Part shown: positions 31,819 through 42,368 of the stretch, piece after piece
Numbering within the stretch: position 1 is the stretch's first letter
Layout: each line of letters begins with the position of its first letter
IMG/VR virus record: IMGVR_UViG_3300035698_011578
Location: 1 to 64,000 of that record
DNA length: 64,000 nt
From: a virus
Strand: one strand, 5' to 3'
Notes under the pieces: generated by a model
Database searches by the model: none
Seen by the model: the letters and a program-made list of their open reading frames with translations, nothing else
What the model was told of the DNA's origin: nothing
Position numbers and translations under genes: made by a program

Positions 31819-32349
31819 TTACATATTTATTTTTTTAAAACTATGATAGAACTTTAGTGAAACATAACTATCAGCATCAAGTATAATTGAACATTCATCA
31901 AAGTTTTCATAGGACTTAAATCTAGGTATAATATATTCTTCTATATCCTTTATTATCTTTGAAAATTTCTTATTAACATCGATAATCGTATTTATTTCTT
32001 TTATAGCATTATCTAATTTCACTAATTTAGAATCTATACTATCATATATTTTAGAATTATCTTCTTCATCATCAAATACCTCCTCATCCTCATAAGTACT
32101 AAAAAATCCCTGTAAGTAATCAAATGATGATTCTATATTTACTTCATAGGCTACTTTACTAATATCAGTTACATAGAATTCACACATATAATAAGGATTA
32201 CCACGTTCATACTTATCAAAGAAATAATGTGAAAAACACTGGTCTGTTATTTCAAACATGACTGTTTTAAATTCATCGAAATCACAATTTCTCATACTTG
32301 TATCTAATCTTGCTTCATCTAAACGCTTATATGTTCTTAGATGTTTCAT
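31819..32349 (-). CDS. Hypothetical protein, paralogue of 31309..31815
   Basis: Same shared blocks. Confidence 0.75.
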   Translation of the reverse strand: MKHLRTYKRLDEARLDTSMRNCDFDEFKTVMFEITDQCFSHYFFDKYERGNPYYMCEFYVTDISKVAYEVNIESSFDYLQGFFSTYEDEEVFDDEEDNSKIYDSIDSKLVKLDNAIKEINTIIDVNKKFSKIIKDIEEYIIPRFKSYENFDECSIILDADSYVSLKFYHSFKKINM

Positions 32350-32350
32350 A

Positions 32351-33037
32351 TTATTTATTTTTTAATTTTTTATCTAATATACTAGCAATATTTGAACCTA
32401 TTAAATAATGTATATTCTTAATAGATTCACTTCCTATTGTTTCAATTTCATCCATAAATTTATATTGAAATTTGTAACTGACTTCTTTATCTTCCTCTTC
32501 TACTTTACGAATAGATAATTCCATATCATAGTTATTATTAATGTTAATTTTGAAGTCAAATGTCATCTTAGCACATGGTGTAGTCTTGAATTTGGGCTCA
32601 TAAATAACTTCGAATATAGAGTAGTCAGTGATATCACTTCTTCTCATATAGTAGTTTAAAAACATTGCAGGTGCTTCTATAAAATCAGATAATATTAATA
32701 AATCTTCACCGAAATCATTAGACTGTATTACATCTTCAACTTTCTTTTTCAAGTCATGTACGCTCTCAAATTCAACTAAATGATAAACACAATTAATGTT
32801 GTATAGATATATAAATGTATTATCTTGTAGATTCCTCTTATTCTCATCCACTTTAAATATAAATTTGGTGTGTATTATAGATGAGTCTTCAATTGATAAT
32901 CCATGAATAGATATAACTAGTTTTAAAAAACCCTCAGCTTTAGGGGTTTCATAAAGAACTTCAATTGATTTAACCATTCCTTCTTCTTCTTCGAATATAT
33001 CTTTGAAGACTTGTTCTATTTCAGCTATTGATATCAT
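32351..33037 (-). CDS. Hypothetical protein
   Basis: 228-aa ORF in operon. Confidence 0.7.
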   Translation of the reverse strand: MISIAEIEQVFKDIFEEEEGMVKSIEVLYETPKAEGFLKLVISIHGLSIEDSSIIHTKFIFKVDENKRNLQDNTFIYLYNINCVYHLVEFESVHDLKKKVEDVIQSNDFGEDLLILSDFIEAPAMFLNYYMRRSDITDYSIFEVIYEPKFKTTPCAKMTFDFKININNNYDMELSIRKVEEEDKEVSYKFQYKFMDEIETIGSESIKNIHYLIGSNIASILDKKLKNK

Positions 33038-33038
33038 C

Positions 33039-33785
33039 TTATTTAAATTTATTTTGATATGACTTTTGTTTAAGTGTCAATATTTTACCTATGTAACCAT
33101 TACGTCTTAATAGTTTGAAAACTAAATTACCTGTAGATAATTCACCACCCTCACTTGCCAATCCTGACTTTCTATAGTTTTTAATCTTTACCCAAACCTT
33201 TTTGATATTTTCTAAGTAATCTTCATGTGAGTGTTTATCCAGTTCACCTTCTAAATCATCAACTAACATCATAACACCTTTACCCTTCTCTCTTATAGAT
33301 TCCTCATCTGGTTCGAAATTAGCTTTAGTTGGTCTAATATTCCATTTGTCATTTAATATAGAATAAACACCAGATGCTATATGTATTTCACTAGCATCTT
33401 GGATATATACTTCAACTTCATAACCACCAATGGTTATATCATATTTTTTATTCCATATATTCTTAACCGCATCTACAAATTTCTTAACCAATTCTAAATC
33501 ATCATTAACATCTTTTAGATCAATTAATATATGTAAATCAAAATCAGAATATCTTTCTGACCAATTAAAATTAGATAATGATCCTGTTAGGATAATATCT
33601 TTTATTTTAGCATCTAAATCGGTTGAGTTGTAAAAATCTTGTGCAATAGTTAATAATTGTTCTCGTATTTCTGGTTTAATTACAAAATCGTCCCAAACCT
33701 TAGGATTTAACTCGTCTTTCAATTTAAACGAATCAATTGGTTCAAAATCATCTTGCACAAATTCAAAGTGTTTAATATATTTCAT
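33039..33785 (-). CDS. Pol-beta superfamily nucleotidyltransferase
   Basis: LTGS...SDFDLH...EVYIQD. Confidence 0.8.
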   Translation of the reverse strand: MKYIKHFEFVQDDFEPIDSFKLKDELNPKVWDDFVIKPEIREQLLTIAQDFYNSTDLDAKIKDIILTGSLSNFNWSERYSDFDLHILIDLKDVNDDLELVKKFVDAVKNIWNKKYDITIGGYEVEVYIQDASEIHIASGVYSILNDKWNIRPTKANFEPDEESIREKGKGVMMLVDDLEGELDKHSHEDYLENIKKVWVKIKNYRKSGLASEGGELSTGNLVFKLLRRNGYIGKILTLKQKSYQNKFK

Positions 33786-33795
33786 AACCTATATA

Positions 33796-34059
33796 TTAAT
33801 TTAGTAATTCAGAAATTAAACTATCTCTTTTACATTCTAGTAGGTCAAATTCTGTTTTATAGTCAAAAAAATTCAATGTATAGTATTCACAATATGGAGT
33901 ACCATTCCCATAAATTATATTCTGAGTTAAAATTTTCTCATCAATTTTGAACCATAGATATAAATGTAATGGGTCTATATACCAATTTTCCCAATAACCA
34001 CCAACATATCTACGTATACACTCATAACCTGAAAAATAACGTATTAATATTTTCTTCAT
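33796..34059 (-). CDS. Hypothetical protein
   Basis: Ends KRDSLISELLN. Confidence 0.6.
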   Translation of the reverse strand: MKKILIRYFSGYECIRRYVGGYWENWYIDPLHLYLWFKIDEKILTQNIIYGNGTPYCEYYTLNFFDYKTEFDLLECKRDSLISELLN

Positions 34060-34083
34060 ACAACAAAAAAGACTTTATAATAA

Positions 34084-34410
34084 TTATAAAGTCTTTAGTG
34101 TGTTAAGTTTACTTTCGTAAAATTTAACCATATCTTCAGTTTTCTTAATTCGATTATCAACTTCTCTTTGTGTTAAAAAATCAAACACAACTGAATTCAT
34201 ATTCAAATTTGGATTTAAACCCATTTTATTAAGATCTTCAAAGCCTTGGTCAGTTAATTCTATTTTCTCATCATTTTTAGAAAACCAAGATTCTTTATCA
34301 GAAATTTTATAAATACCAGAACTTTCCCAATTGCGATATTTACCCTCTTCTAATTCATGTAACTCGATGTAAGATGCTTTTTTAAATTTTTTAGATTTCA
34401 TAGATTTCAT
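34084..34410 (-). CDS. Hypothetical protein
   Basis: ORF. Confidence 0.65.
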   Translation of the reverse strand: MKSMKSKKFKKASYIELHELEEGKYRNWESSGIYKISDKESWFSKNDEKIELTDQGFEDLNKMGLNPNLNMNSVVFDFLTQREVDNRIKKTEDMVKFYESKLNTLKTL

Positions 34411-34572
34411 TATTTTTATCTTTTATTTTTAAATAATATAAAAGTTTAAGTATGTATTTATTTAATTATTAAGAAAATATCACTATCTTTGTTTTCAAGA
34501 GAATTTCGAAGGTTGATAAAAAATAAATTATAACTTTTTTACGATTTTCTTTCAAGACTAAATAACTTTTAT

Positions 34573-34580
34573 TATATTTG
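34573..34580 (+). promoter_or_regulatory. Bacteroidota-type -7 element
   Basis: TATATTTG upstream of 34607. Confidence 0.6.
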
Positions 34581-34606
34581 TAATTATTAATTAAAAATCA
34601 AAATCA

Positions 34607-35812
34607 ATGAATCTTAAATTATCCGAAGACTTTAAATTATTACTCACCAGAATAAAAAATAATAAAGTAGCTAATAAACTACTTAATTCAGAATTCGATA
34701 CTAAAAAAATCAATTATAATTATATTGGTTTAGGAGATACTAATAAGTTAGTAAGTTTTACACCCGAAACTAAAGTAGAGAAAATACTGGAAGAACTACC
34801 GATGTATTTTACAATAAACGCAGTTAGAAATCTAACATATAACAATTCTAATAATGCAATATTTGAGGCATTGGGATATGATAAAGATGCAAATGAATAT
34901 TGGTACCCACAAGATCCAGCAACTGATAGAGGAACTATCTTGAGGGAAACTGTTAGTAAGTCAAGTGGCAGAACTTATGTTTTATATAAATGTAATCGCA
35001 CTGGTAGATTAGCAGTAATTAATAAAGAAGCTATAATCGAAAAACAAGAAGATGATTCCTTCTTATTTGAAACTAACCGAAATTCTATTAAGGTTGGTCG
35101 TTTAGCATCACATATGCTAACCAGTATAGATTTTGATTATACAACAAAAGACATCGAAGATTTTGTTAATTTATATAAAGCTTCTTATGACTTCATGGGA
35201 AATAAGAGTTTACAATTTGAGATAGTATCAGGTATGGATATTGCATGGTGGTACAATCATGAAAGATACCAATCCGGTGGTGGTGTGTTAAACAACTCTT
35301 GTATGAGTAGCAGACCAGATAGTACATTTGAACTATACACTGAAAATTCTTGCTGTAAGATGATTATCTTATATGCAGATGATGGTGAAATCGTTGGTGA
35401 TTTATATAAAGCGATTAGAATTAAAGGTCGTGCCCTTTTATGGGATGTTAAATATAAAGGTGACTCTATTAAATTCATGGATAGAGTTTATACTACTAAC
35501 GATTCTGATGTCGAGCTCTTCAAGGAATATGCAAAGACAGAAGGATGGTGGTTCAAAGAAGAGCAAAGTATGTACCCTAATGCGAGAGTTACTGATGGTG
35601 AAACTATAACTGATGATAGATTCGAGGTTGTATTAGAAAAACCAGATTTTAAATACCATCCATATATGGACACTATGTGCCATTGGGTAAATGGTTGCTT
35701 AACAAATAGTTTTGATAAGAAACACACAAAGACATTCAGATGTACTAACGGATCACATTGTATTTGTGAAGATGGTAGAGAAATTAGATATGCTGATATT
35801 TCTAATGTTTAA
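34607..35812 (+). CDS. Hypothetical phage protein (SCM / GRALLW / MDRVY / PYMDT motifs)
   Basis: 401-aa ORF with conserved-looking motifs; function unknown. Confidence 0.75.
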   Translation: MNLKLSEDFKLLLTRIKNNKVANKLLNSEFDTKKINYNYIGLGDTNKLVSFTPETKVEKILEELPMYFTINAVRNLTYNNSNNAIFEALGYDKDANEYWYPQDPATDRGTILRETVSKSSGRTYVLYKCNRTGRLAVINKEAIIEKQEDDSFLFETNRNSIKVGRLASHMLTSIDFDYTTKDIEDFVNLYKASYDFMGNKSLQFEIVSGMDIAWWYNHERYQSGGGVLNNSCMSSRPDSTFELYTENSCCKMIILYADDGEIVGDLYKAIRIKGRALLWDVKYKGDSIKFMDRVYTTNDSDVELFKEYAKTEGWWFKEEQSMYPNARVTDGETITDDRFEVVLEKPDFKYHPYMDTMCHWVNGCLTNSFDKKHTKTFRCTNGSHCICEDGREIRYADISNV

Positions 35813-35823
35813 ATATTTTAGAG

Positions 35824-36006
35824 ATGGAAGACGGAGATGATGGAATTATTAGAGATGGTATTTCGAGATGTGATTTTTGTGAAAAAAATATACCAATTTC
35901 AGACCTACAAGAAGTAAGAGTTCGTAAGTTCTTTATAACTAAGATAAAAAAAGGTTGCACTTCTTGTATTAGAGAAATTCAATTAAAAAAAATAGGAATT
36001 AAATAG
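35824..36006 (+). CDS. Small zinc-finger protein
   Basis: CDFC..CTSC, ends REIQLKKIGIK. Confidence 0.6.
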   Translation: MEDGDDGIIRDGISRCDFCEKNIPISDLQEVRVRKFFITKIKKGCTSCIREIQLKKIGIK

Positions 36007-36013
36007 AAAAGAT

Positions 36014-36298
36014 ATGAAATGGATAGTTTCGGTTCATGAGAAAAATGGACATTTAGAAGAGTTTAGAGTATTAGGTTGGTCATTGGATAGACCAGATATT
36101 GAATTTCAATTCGATAAAAAAATAATTGTCAATGCCATAAAAAATGGTGCAGAATATAAAACTGCATATTTACAATTTGGTAAATTTGTAGAAGGTTCAG
36201 AAGTTACTGTAATTGAAAATAGAGACGGTTCTTGTGAATTAAGGACAAAAAAGAACGATATGATTATCGACAATTTAGGTGAGATGAAAAGATTTTAG
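36014..36298 (+). CDS. DUF3892-like protein
   Basis: IVNAIKNG.EYKT...V....LRT..ND...DNL.E..RF. Confidence 0.6.
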   Translation: MKWIVSVHEKNGHLEEFRVLGWSLDRPDIEFQFDKKIIVNAIKNGAEYKTAYLQFGKFVEGSEVTVIENRDGSCELRTKKNDMIIDNLGEMKRF

Positions 36299-36330
36299 AT
36301 TAAATTTTTTACTATAAATATACCGGGATA

Positions 36331-36362
36331 TTTGCATAACTGCATTTATTTCCGTATATTTG
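36331..36362 (+). promoter_or_regulatory. Bacteroidota-type promoter (-33/-7)
   Basis: TTTG 36331-34, 20-nt spacer, TATATTTG 36355-62. Confidence 0.7.
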
Positions 36363-36396
36363 TATTATATAAATTAATAACTTAAAAAAATATACT

Positions 36397-36786
36397 ATGC
36401 CAAGAATAGAAGCGTTTACTAGACCAGTTTTAACTAAATTTAGAAGTGAATTTAAAGAAAGTGTAAAAGAATTAGAAGCAAAATTTGGAGTAAAAATTGA
36501 TTTAGGTAATATCTCATATGACAGTACACAATTTACGTCTAGAATAACAACTACTGTAGTTAGTGAAGGAGTAAATCCAGAAATTGCAAAAGGTATAGCA
36601 ATGTTGAAGAAATATGGATCTAGATACGGATTAACCGAGTCTGATTTTGGTAGAGTAATTAATGGTCAAAGAGAAGAATTTACTGTATTCAGTCTTGCAC
36701 CAAGAAGTCCTAAATATCCAATCTTAGCAAAATCAACAAAGACTGGGAAAATTTATAAATTATCTGCATCAACTTTAAAAAGATAA
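36397..36786 (+). CDS. Hypothetical early protein
   Basis: ORF with own promoter and terminator; PRSPKYPI. Confidence 0.75.
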   Translation: MPRIEAFTRPVLTKFRSEFKESVKELEAKFGVKIDLGNISYDSTQFTSRITTTVVSEGVNPEIAKGIAMLKKYGSRYGLTESDFGRVINGQREEFTVFSLAPRSPKYPILAKSTKTGKIYKLSASTLKR

Positions 36787-36801
36787 TTTATGTTCAGATA
36801 T

Positions 36802-36829
36802 AAAGATGTAATTTAATTACATCTTTTTT
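36802..36829. terminator. Intrinsic terminator
   Basis: aaagatgtaat-tta-attacatcttttt. Confidence 0.65.
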
Positions 36830-37061
36830 ATTTATAAAAGAATTCTAGATTCTTAAAACGATTTATATCCTCTTCTGATGCTTGTATTAAAACTTTATTA
36901 ATATAAAGTTTATCACCTGATATTTTAATATTATCCTTATGTTTAACTAAATAAGCAAAGTCAACAACTCTGATAGATTTTCTTTTCTTACCAATATCAC
37001 TTAACCTATTCTTAGTTACGATAAGTTCATTGTATTGAATCCAACTTTGTAAATTTCTCAT
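36828..37061 (-). CDS. Hypothetical protein
   Basis: MRNLQSWIQYNE. Confidence 0.6.
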   Translation of the reverse strand: MRNLQSWIQYNELIVTKNRLSDIGKKRKSIRVVDFAYLVKHKDNIKISGDKLYINKVLIQASEEDINRFKNLEFFYK

Positions 37062-37080
37062 ATATACCTATATATAAAAA

Positions 37081-37665
37081 CTACCTTTTAACTTTACCCT
37101 CTTTAAAGTGTTTTCGACATAGTGATGTATAACTTTCATTACCACCAATAACTATTTGCTCACCAGAGGTTACTATTTTACCATCCACTAATCGAGCATT
37201 CACTGTTGCTTTTTTTCCACACCAACAAATAGTTTTAAGTTCTTCTATTTCATCTGCTATCGCCATTAGATGTAAACTTCCTTCAAACGGTTCTAATTTA
37301 TAATCACTGCGTAGACCATAACAAATTACTGGGATATCTTCAAAATCAACTATCTCTGTTAATTGATGAATGTGTTCTTTTTTAAAAAATTGAATCTCAT
37401 CACACAACACACAATCAATACCATTCTCACTTTCTCGTATTACAGTATCTAGTAAATCAACAATATTCGTATTCTCATCAACTGAAATAGCTTCTCTTTG
37501 AATACCGACTCTTGATTTTATTACATTTTTGCCATATCTATCATCTGTTGCAGATGTTAATAAGAGAACACTCTGTCCTCTCTCTTCATAGTTGAAGCAT
37601 GTTTTTAGTAAATCTAATGATTTACCTGCATTCATAGCTGAATACCTGAAAAATAATTTAGCCAT
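37081..37665 (-). CDS. tdk: Thymidine kinase
   Basis: YSAMNAGKS, DEIQF, CYGLRSD, ICWCG, YTSLCRKH. Confidence 0.95.
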   Translation of the reverse strand: MAKLFFRYSAMNAGKSLDLLKTCFNYEERGQSVLLLTSATDDRYGKNVIKSRVGIQREAISVDENTNIVDLLDTVIRESENGIDCVLCDEIQFFKKEHIHQLTEIVDFEDIPVICYGLRSDYKLEPFEGSLHLMAIADEIEELKTICWCGKKATVNARLVDGKIVTSGEQIVIGGNESYTSLCRKHFKEGKVKR

Positions 37666-37671
37666 TCATAT

Positions 37672-38112
37672 TTAATCATTTTTTATTAAAATATCACTTA
37701 AATCTTTGACATCATAATTTCTCCATGTGTTGTTCTCAAGTTTTTTAATGTATTTTATTTCATCTCTTCTTAATTTTATATTATTCTTCCATAATGACTT
37801 GTGAAAATTATTACCACCTATTTTTAATGGTATAGCGTTAATAAATTCAACCCTGCTCAATATATGTAATATAAAATTTTTATTATTCTTACTTAACTCT
37901 AATAAATGATTATTAACACCTGTTGGTGTTTTCCAAAACCTAGCACAACACAATCTATCAATTGTGTTACCCGAACTACCAAAATAATATTTTTTGTGAT
38001 AGGATGTAGATTCTCCTAAGACTTTTGATATATTCACATCTCTATTAGATTGTGTGTCTAAAATCTCAATATAATAAAAAGAATCACTTCTTGGGCATAT
38101 ATACTCACTCAT
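37672..38112 (-). CDS. Hypothetical protein
   Basis: ORF in early operon. Confidence 0.6.
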   Translation of the reverse strand: MSEYICPRSDSFYYIEILDTQSNRDVNISKVLGESTSYHKKYYFGSSGNTIDRLCCARFWKTPTGVNNHLLELSKNNKNFILHILSRVEFINAIPLKIGGNNFHKSLWKNNIKLRRDEIKYIKKLENNTWRNYDVKDLSDILIKND

Positions 38113-38137
38113 TACTATTATAAATTTTTACCTAAGA

Positions 38138-38542
38138 TTAGTTTAGAATCGAGTTTAAAGTTTCATCACGATAAACTGATTTTGTTATATCTGTAAATAA
38201 TTTATATTTCAAACCTCTTTCTATCGAGAATCTTAACTTTTCATGCTTGAAATAAAAATTCTTATACTCATTAATATTATTATTGTAGGGTGTTTTAATT
38301 ACATCCGATTTACAACTGCTCCAAAGAGGGTGAAAGTCCCGTATAAGTAATAATATATCACTTATTTTCACAGATGGATCGAATAGATAAATATACCCGA
38401 TGATTTTATCGACTACTATTATATCACCAATTTCTAAATCTATATTGAAATCGCTATTATTTTTATATAATTTAGCTTCTTCACGACCCAATCTATAAAT
38501 AAGTTCGATATTGTGTGTACATTGTATGAAAGAATATCTCAT
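38138..38542 (-). CDS. Hypothetical protein
   Basis: Ends YRDETLNSILN. Confidence 0.6.
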   Translation of the reverse strand: MRYSFIQCTHNIELIYRLGREEAKLYKNNSDFNIDLEIGDIIVVDKIIGYIYLFDPSVKISDILLLIRDFHPLWSSCKSDVIKTPYNNNINEYKNFYFKHEKLRFSIERGLKYKLFTDITKSVYRDETLNSILN

Positions 38543-38802
38543 ATTCCTAAATAGCTTAAATTATTCATTCTCGTATTATACATAATTATTCTTGGGTCTT
38601 TTTCAATGGCACACCATGTGTCATCATCAATACTGATATTCAATTCCTTTTCTATCTGTAATAAAAGTTCTATACTATCTAAATCATCTAAACCAACATA
38701 ATCATAAAACCCACCACCATCATATTTAATGTGTAGTAATTCATAAAATATTCTACTAAAGTGTGTAATGGTTAATTCATTTGGTATCTTTATATTTTTC
38801 AT
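38539..38802 (-). CDS. Acyl carrier protein-like protein lacking the canonical DSL serine
   Basis: GLDDLDSIELLLQIEKELNISIDD versus ACP GxDSLDxVELxMxxExEFxIxIxD. Confidence 0.6.
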   Translation of the reverse strand: MKNIKIPNELTITHFSRIFYELLHIKYDGGGFYDYVGLDDLDSIELLLQIEKELNISIDDDTWCAIEKDPRIIMYNTRMNNLSYLGI

Positions 38803-39067
38803 CTAATAAATTTTTAATAATTAAATCTCTAACTTGTATTTTATTTTCACTCTCTGATAATTGCTCAAAGATGTGGTCCCAAAATTTATATACTTCACCA
38901 GTTAGAATATTTTTAAAATCACACTTAACTGTTATGGTATATGATTCAAAGTGTTCGCTACTGGTTGTGGTACTAGTGCTAAAATCAACATAGGTAATTA
39001 CATATAAATAATTATTATAATAATCTTGTAAATTATATAGTGATTTCATTCGGTATAATTGTATCAT
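38777..39067 (-). CDS. Hypothetical protein
   Basis: First gene after TATATTTG at 39073-80. Confidence 0.6.
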   Translation of the reverse strand: MIQLYRMKSLYNLQDYYNNYLYVITYVDFSTSTTTSSEHFESYTITVKCDFKNILTGEVYKFWDHIFEQLSESENKIQVRDLIIKNLLDEKYKDTK

Positions 39068-39137
39068 AATTACAAATATACAAAAAATTATTTAATTTTT
39101 TAATATATAAAGTAATTAAAAAAATAAACACATATAT

Positions 39138-39896
39138 ATGAGATATATTAAAGATTTTAAATTATTCGAGGCAGTTATAATGCCTACTGTATTAGATAAT
39201 AATTCTGTAGTCAATTCATTCGAATCCTTAGTTGAATATGGTATACAAAATGAGTTCGATGTTGTTGGTTATGATGACTTTTATAATTCTATGTCAGAAG
39301 CCGATCAAAAAAATGCACCACCTAGATATGGTGTTCCATTTTTTGCATTGTTTCACCCAGAGAATAAAAGACCAATGTTTGTATGTGTTGATGAGAATGC
39401 ACCAAGATTTATCCCTGGATTTAAATCAATCGTTGATGATATAATTGGGCACGAAAAAGTACATGCAGAACAAAGTAGAAGAAAAGGTGATATTGATTAT
39501 TCATTACCAGCACCAACTGATAGAAAAGCATACTTTGCTAATAAGGAAGAAATAATGGCATTTTCATGGACAATAGCAAATGGGTTATCAAAAACAAATA
39601 ATAACACACAAGATGCAGTTAAAGATTTAGATTCTGAAGATGAGCCAATGCACCAACCAAGAGGTAGAAGAATGCCACCACCTAGACCAGGAGGAGGAGG
39701 AAGACCAATGCCAGGTGGGATGCCTCGTCGTATGGATATGCCACCTCAAGGACCACCTCCAGGAATGCCACCTAGAAAACCAGAACATAAAATGATATGG
39801 AATGATATTAAAAGATTTTCAGACCAAAAAGTAATTAAAAGATACAGAAAATATATTTATATGTATTTAGAGGAAATATTTAAAAATAACGACTAA
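39138..39896 (+). CDS. HExxH (zincin-like) protein with Pro/Gly/Met-rich insertion
   Basis: IGHEKVHAEQ ... YFANKEEIMAF. Confidence 0.6.
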   Translation: MRYIKDFKLFEAVIMPTVLDNNSVVNSFESLVEYGIQNEFDVVGYDDFYNSMSEADQKNAPPRYGVPFFALFHPENKRPMFVCVDENAPRFIPGFKSIVDDIIGHEKVHAEQSRRKGDIDYSLPAPTDRKAYFANKEEIMAFSWTIANGLSKTNNNTQDAVKDLDSEDEPMHQPRGRRMPPPRPGGGGRPMPGGMPRRMDMPPQGPPPGMPPRKPEHKMIWNDIKRFSDQKVIKRYRKYIYMYLEEIFKNND

Positions 39897-40017
39897 AAAT
39901 AATGTATATAAAACAATACGAATTCTTCACATTTAATAAAGATAAGAGGAAAGATAAGGGTGATAAGAAATTAATTTACTAATACACTAATTTGATATAT
40001 AAAATAAAAATAAATTT

Positions 40018-40902
40018 ATGATTTTAAGAAAAGGAAGTAAAGGTTCGGAAGTTGCAAAATTACAAACGTTCCTAAAAATAGGTTCAGATGGCGACTTTGG
40101 TCCAAATACTGAAAAAGCTGTAAAGTCATGGCAAAGTGCAAATGGGTTATATCCAGATGGTGTAGTTGGTCCTCTGACATGGGATGCTATGGGAATAGCA
40201 ACAACTGATAATAGCGAATTAGTTTATGAAACAAGTAATGGTTTAATTATTAATAGACACTATCTACCAAAGGATGAGTATAGAAATGAGATAACTGAAA
40301 AAGATTATCTTTATCTACATCATACTGCTGGTTGGAACAACCCATTTAAGACTATTGATGACTGGGGTAGAGATAGTAGAGGTAAAATCGCTACGGAGTT
40401 TGTAGTTGGTGGACAATCTGTAACAGGTGATAATAATAAATATGATGGTGTAGTAGCACAAGCATTCCCAGAAGGATGTTATGCATGGCACTTAGGACCA
40501 AATGGTAATCACTATATGCACACACATTCTGTTGGTGTAGAAATATGTAACTTTGGTTTCTTGAAAAATGGTAAGACTTATTCAGGTGCAGTTGCAGCAG
40601 AGACACAAAAAGCAATATTAGAAGAATCTTATTATGGTTTTAAAGAATGGCACAGATATTCTGATGAACAATTAAAAAATACAAAACTTTTAATCCTACA
40701 CGTAGCAGAAAGAGATAATATCGATGTTAGAAAAGGTATGATAGAATGGATTAAAAAAGATATAAAGAAAGCATTTATGAAAATAGATGATGCATATTAT
40801 GGTAGAGTAAAAGGTATGTGGATGCATAACAATAACTCATATCCAGATAAATCAGACCTATTTCCACAAGATGAACTAATTGATATGCTATTAACAATAT
40901 AA
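40018..40902 (+). CDS. Endolysin: peptidoglycan-binding domain + N-acetylmuramoyl-L-alanine amidase
   Basis: DGDFGPNTEKAVK.WQ..GL..DGVVGP.TW; LHHTAG, AWH, SVGVEIC. Confidence 0.88.
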   Translation: MILRKGSKGSEVAKLQTFLKIGSDGDFGPNTEKAVKSWQSANGLYPDGVVGPLTWDAMGIATTDNSELVYETSNGLIINRHYLPKDEYRNEITEKDYLYLHHTAGWNNPFKTIDDWGRDSRGKIATEFVVGGQSVTGDNNKYDGVVAQAFPEGCYAWHLGPNGNHYMHTHSVGVEICNFGFLKNGKTYSGAVAAETQKAILEESYYGFKEWHRYSDEQLKNTKLLILHVAERDNIDVRKGMIEWIKKDIKKAFMKIDDAYYGRVKGMWMHNNNSYPDKSDLFPQDELIDMLLTI

Positions 40903-40909
40903 TTATTTT

Positions 40910-41496
40910 ATGATACACATTAATAAATTTAAAATATTTGAGGAAAAACGTAGTGTAGAATCTATTTGCGATCAATGGGATATTAAACATTATTCAATCA
41001 ATCAAGATGGTAGTGTTGATGTTAATGGTAGTGAGATGAACTCCCAATTAAGTTTGGTAATGTTTCTGGATCATTCGATTGTACTGGGAATAGATTGACC
41101 AGTCTCGAAGGTTCACCAGATAGAGTAGGTGGGCATTATTATATTTATAATAACAGACTCACTTCTCTAAAAGGATTTCCTAACTATGTTGGCGGGCAAT
41201 GTGATTGTTTTGGTAATGAGATTACTAATTTAGAGGGATATACAACAGTTGTTGAAAATTTCCACTGTTCGCATAATCCTATCTATAGTATAGTTAAACC
41301 GTTTACCAACGGTGTGTTTTTTTCTAGAGGTAGAGATAAAAATGAATTGATTGAATTATTTAATGATACTGATATGATTAGAGGAACATCGGTTATTTTT
41401 GATAGATTAAAATGGTTTTATGAAGAAATTGGTAAAGAAGATTTATCAAGGGTGCGATTATTAGCAATTAAACATGATTATAAAATAATAGAATAA
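40910..41496 (+). pseudogene. Frameshifted LRR-like (LTSLEG.P repeat) protein
   Basis: Frame break near 41033: ...DGSVDVNGS / DELPIKFGNVSGSFDCTGNRLTSLEGSP. Confidence 0.7.
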
Positions 41497-41500
41497 GGTA

Positions 41501-42358
41501 ATGAGTATTTTAAATTGGCAATTATTTCTGGAACATATAGGTGAAAACCCAATATCTGATATACAAGCATATATTGATGGCATGAATAAGACTATTAGTG
41601 ATAAGCTTTTCTTTTTGGATAAGATAGATTTTGATGTCATTGTCGACTTTGGTTGTGCCGATGGTACTCTATTAGAAAGTATAATGAAATCAAATCCCGA
41701 TATTAGAATAATTGGATATGATTTAGATGAGAGTATGTTATCACGAACAAGAAATAAATTAGGGTCTAGTGCCTTATTAACAAGTAATTGGGCTGATGTT
41801 ATAAATGAAATATCAAAATATAAAAGTCCATTATTAAATCTAAGTTCAGTTATACACGAAGTTTATTCATATTCACATGGACAAATTATTAAAAAATTCT
41901 GGGATGAACAAGTCTTTGGTGATCACTTCAAATGGATATCAATTAGAGATATGATTCCATCACTTAGCTTAGAAAGAGAAGAACAATCTTTATTTAAGAA
42001 TGATGTTGAAAAAGTTAGATTAAGTGCTGATAAATTCTATTTAGATTCTTTTGAAGACCACTGGGGACCTATAGATGTTAATTATAGAACATTTATGCAC
42101 TATCTCCTAAAATATAGATATAAGAAAAACTGGGATAGAGAAGTAAAAGAGAATTATTTACCTGTTTCATTAGAGACTGTTAAAAGTAAAATTCCTAATA
42201 GCTATGAAATTTTTTATGAAGAAGATTTTTTATTAGACTTTCTCAAGAAACAAGTTAAGATAGATTTCGATATCGACTTGACACATTCAACACATTTAAA
42301 AATGATTCTAGAAAATAAAAATAAACTTAATCAATCAGACGAGGTTACAATGTTTTAA
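41501..42358 (+). CDS. Class I SAM-dependent methyltransferase
   Basis: IVDFGCADG, IGYDLD, LSSVIHEVY. Confidence 0.85.
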   Translation: MSILNWQLFLEHIGENPISDIQAYIDGMNKTISDKLFFLDKIDFDVIVDFGCADGTLLESIMKSNPDIRIIGYDLDESMLSRTRNKLGSSALLTSNWADVINEISKYKSPLLNLSSVIHEVYSYSHGQIIKKFWDEQVFGDHFKWISIRDMIPSLSLEREEQSLFKNDVEKVRLSADKFYLDSFEDHWGPIDVNYRTFMHYLLKYRYKKNWDREVKENYLPVSLETVKSKIPNSYEIFYEEDFLLDFLKKQVKIDFDIDLTHSTHLKMILENKNKLNQSDEVTMF

Positions 42359-42368
42359 TATATAATAA

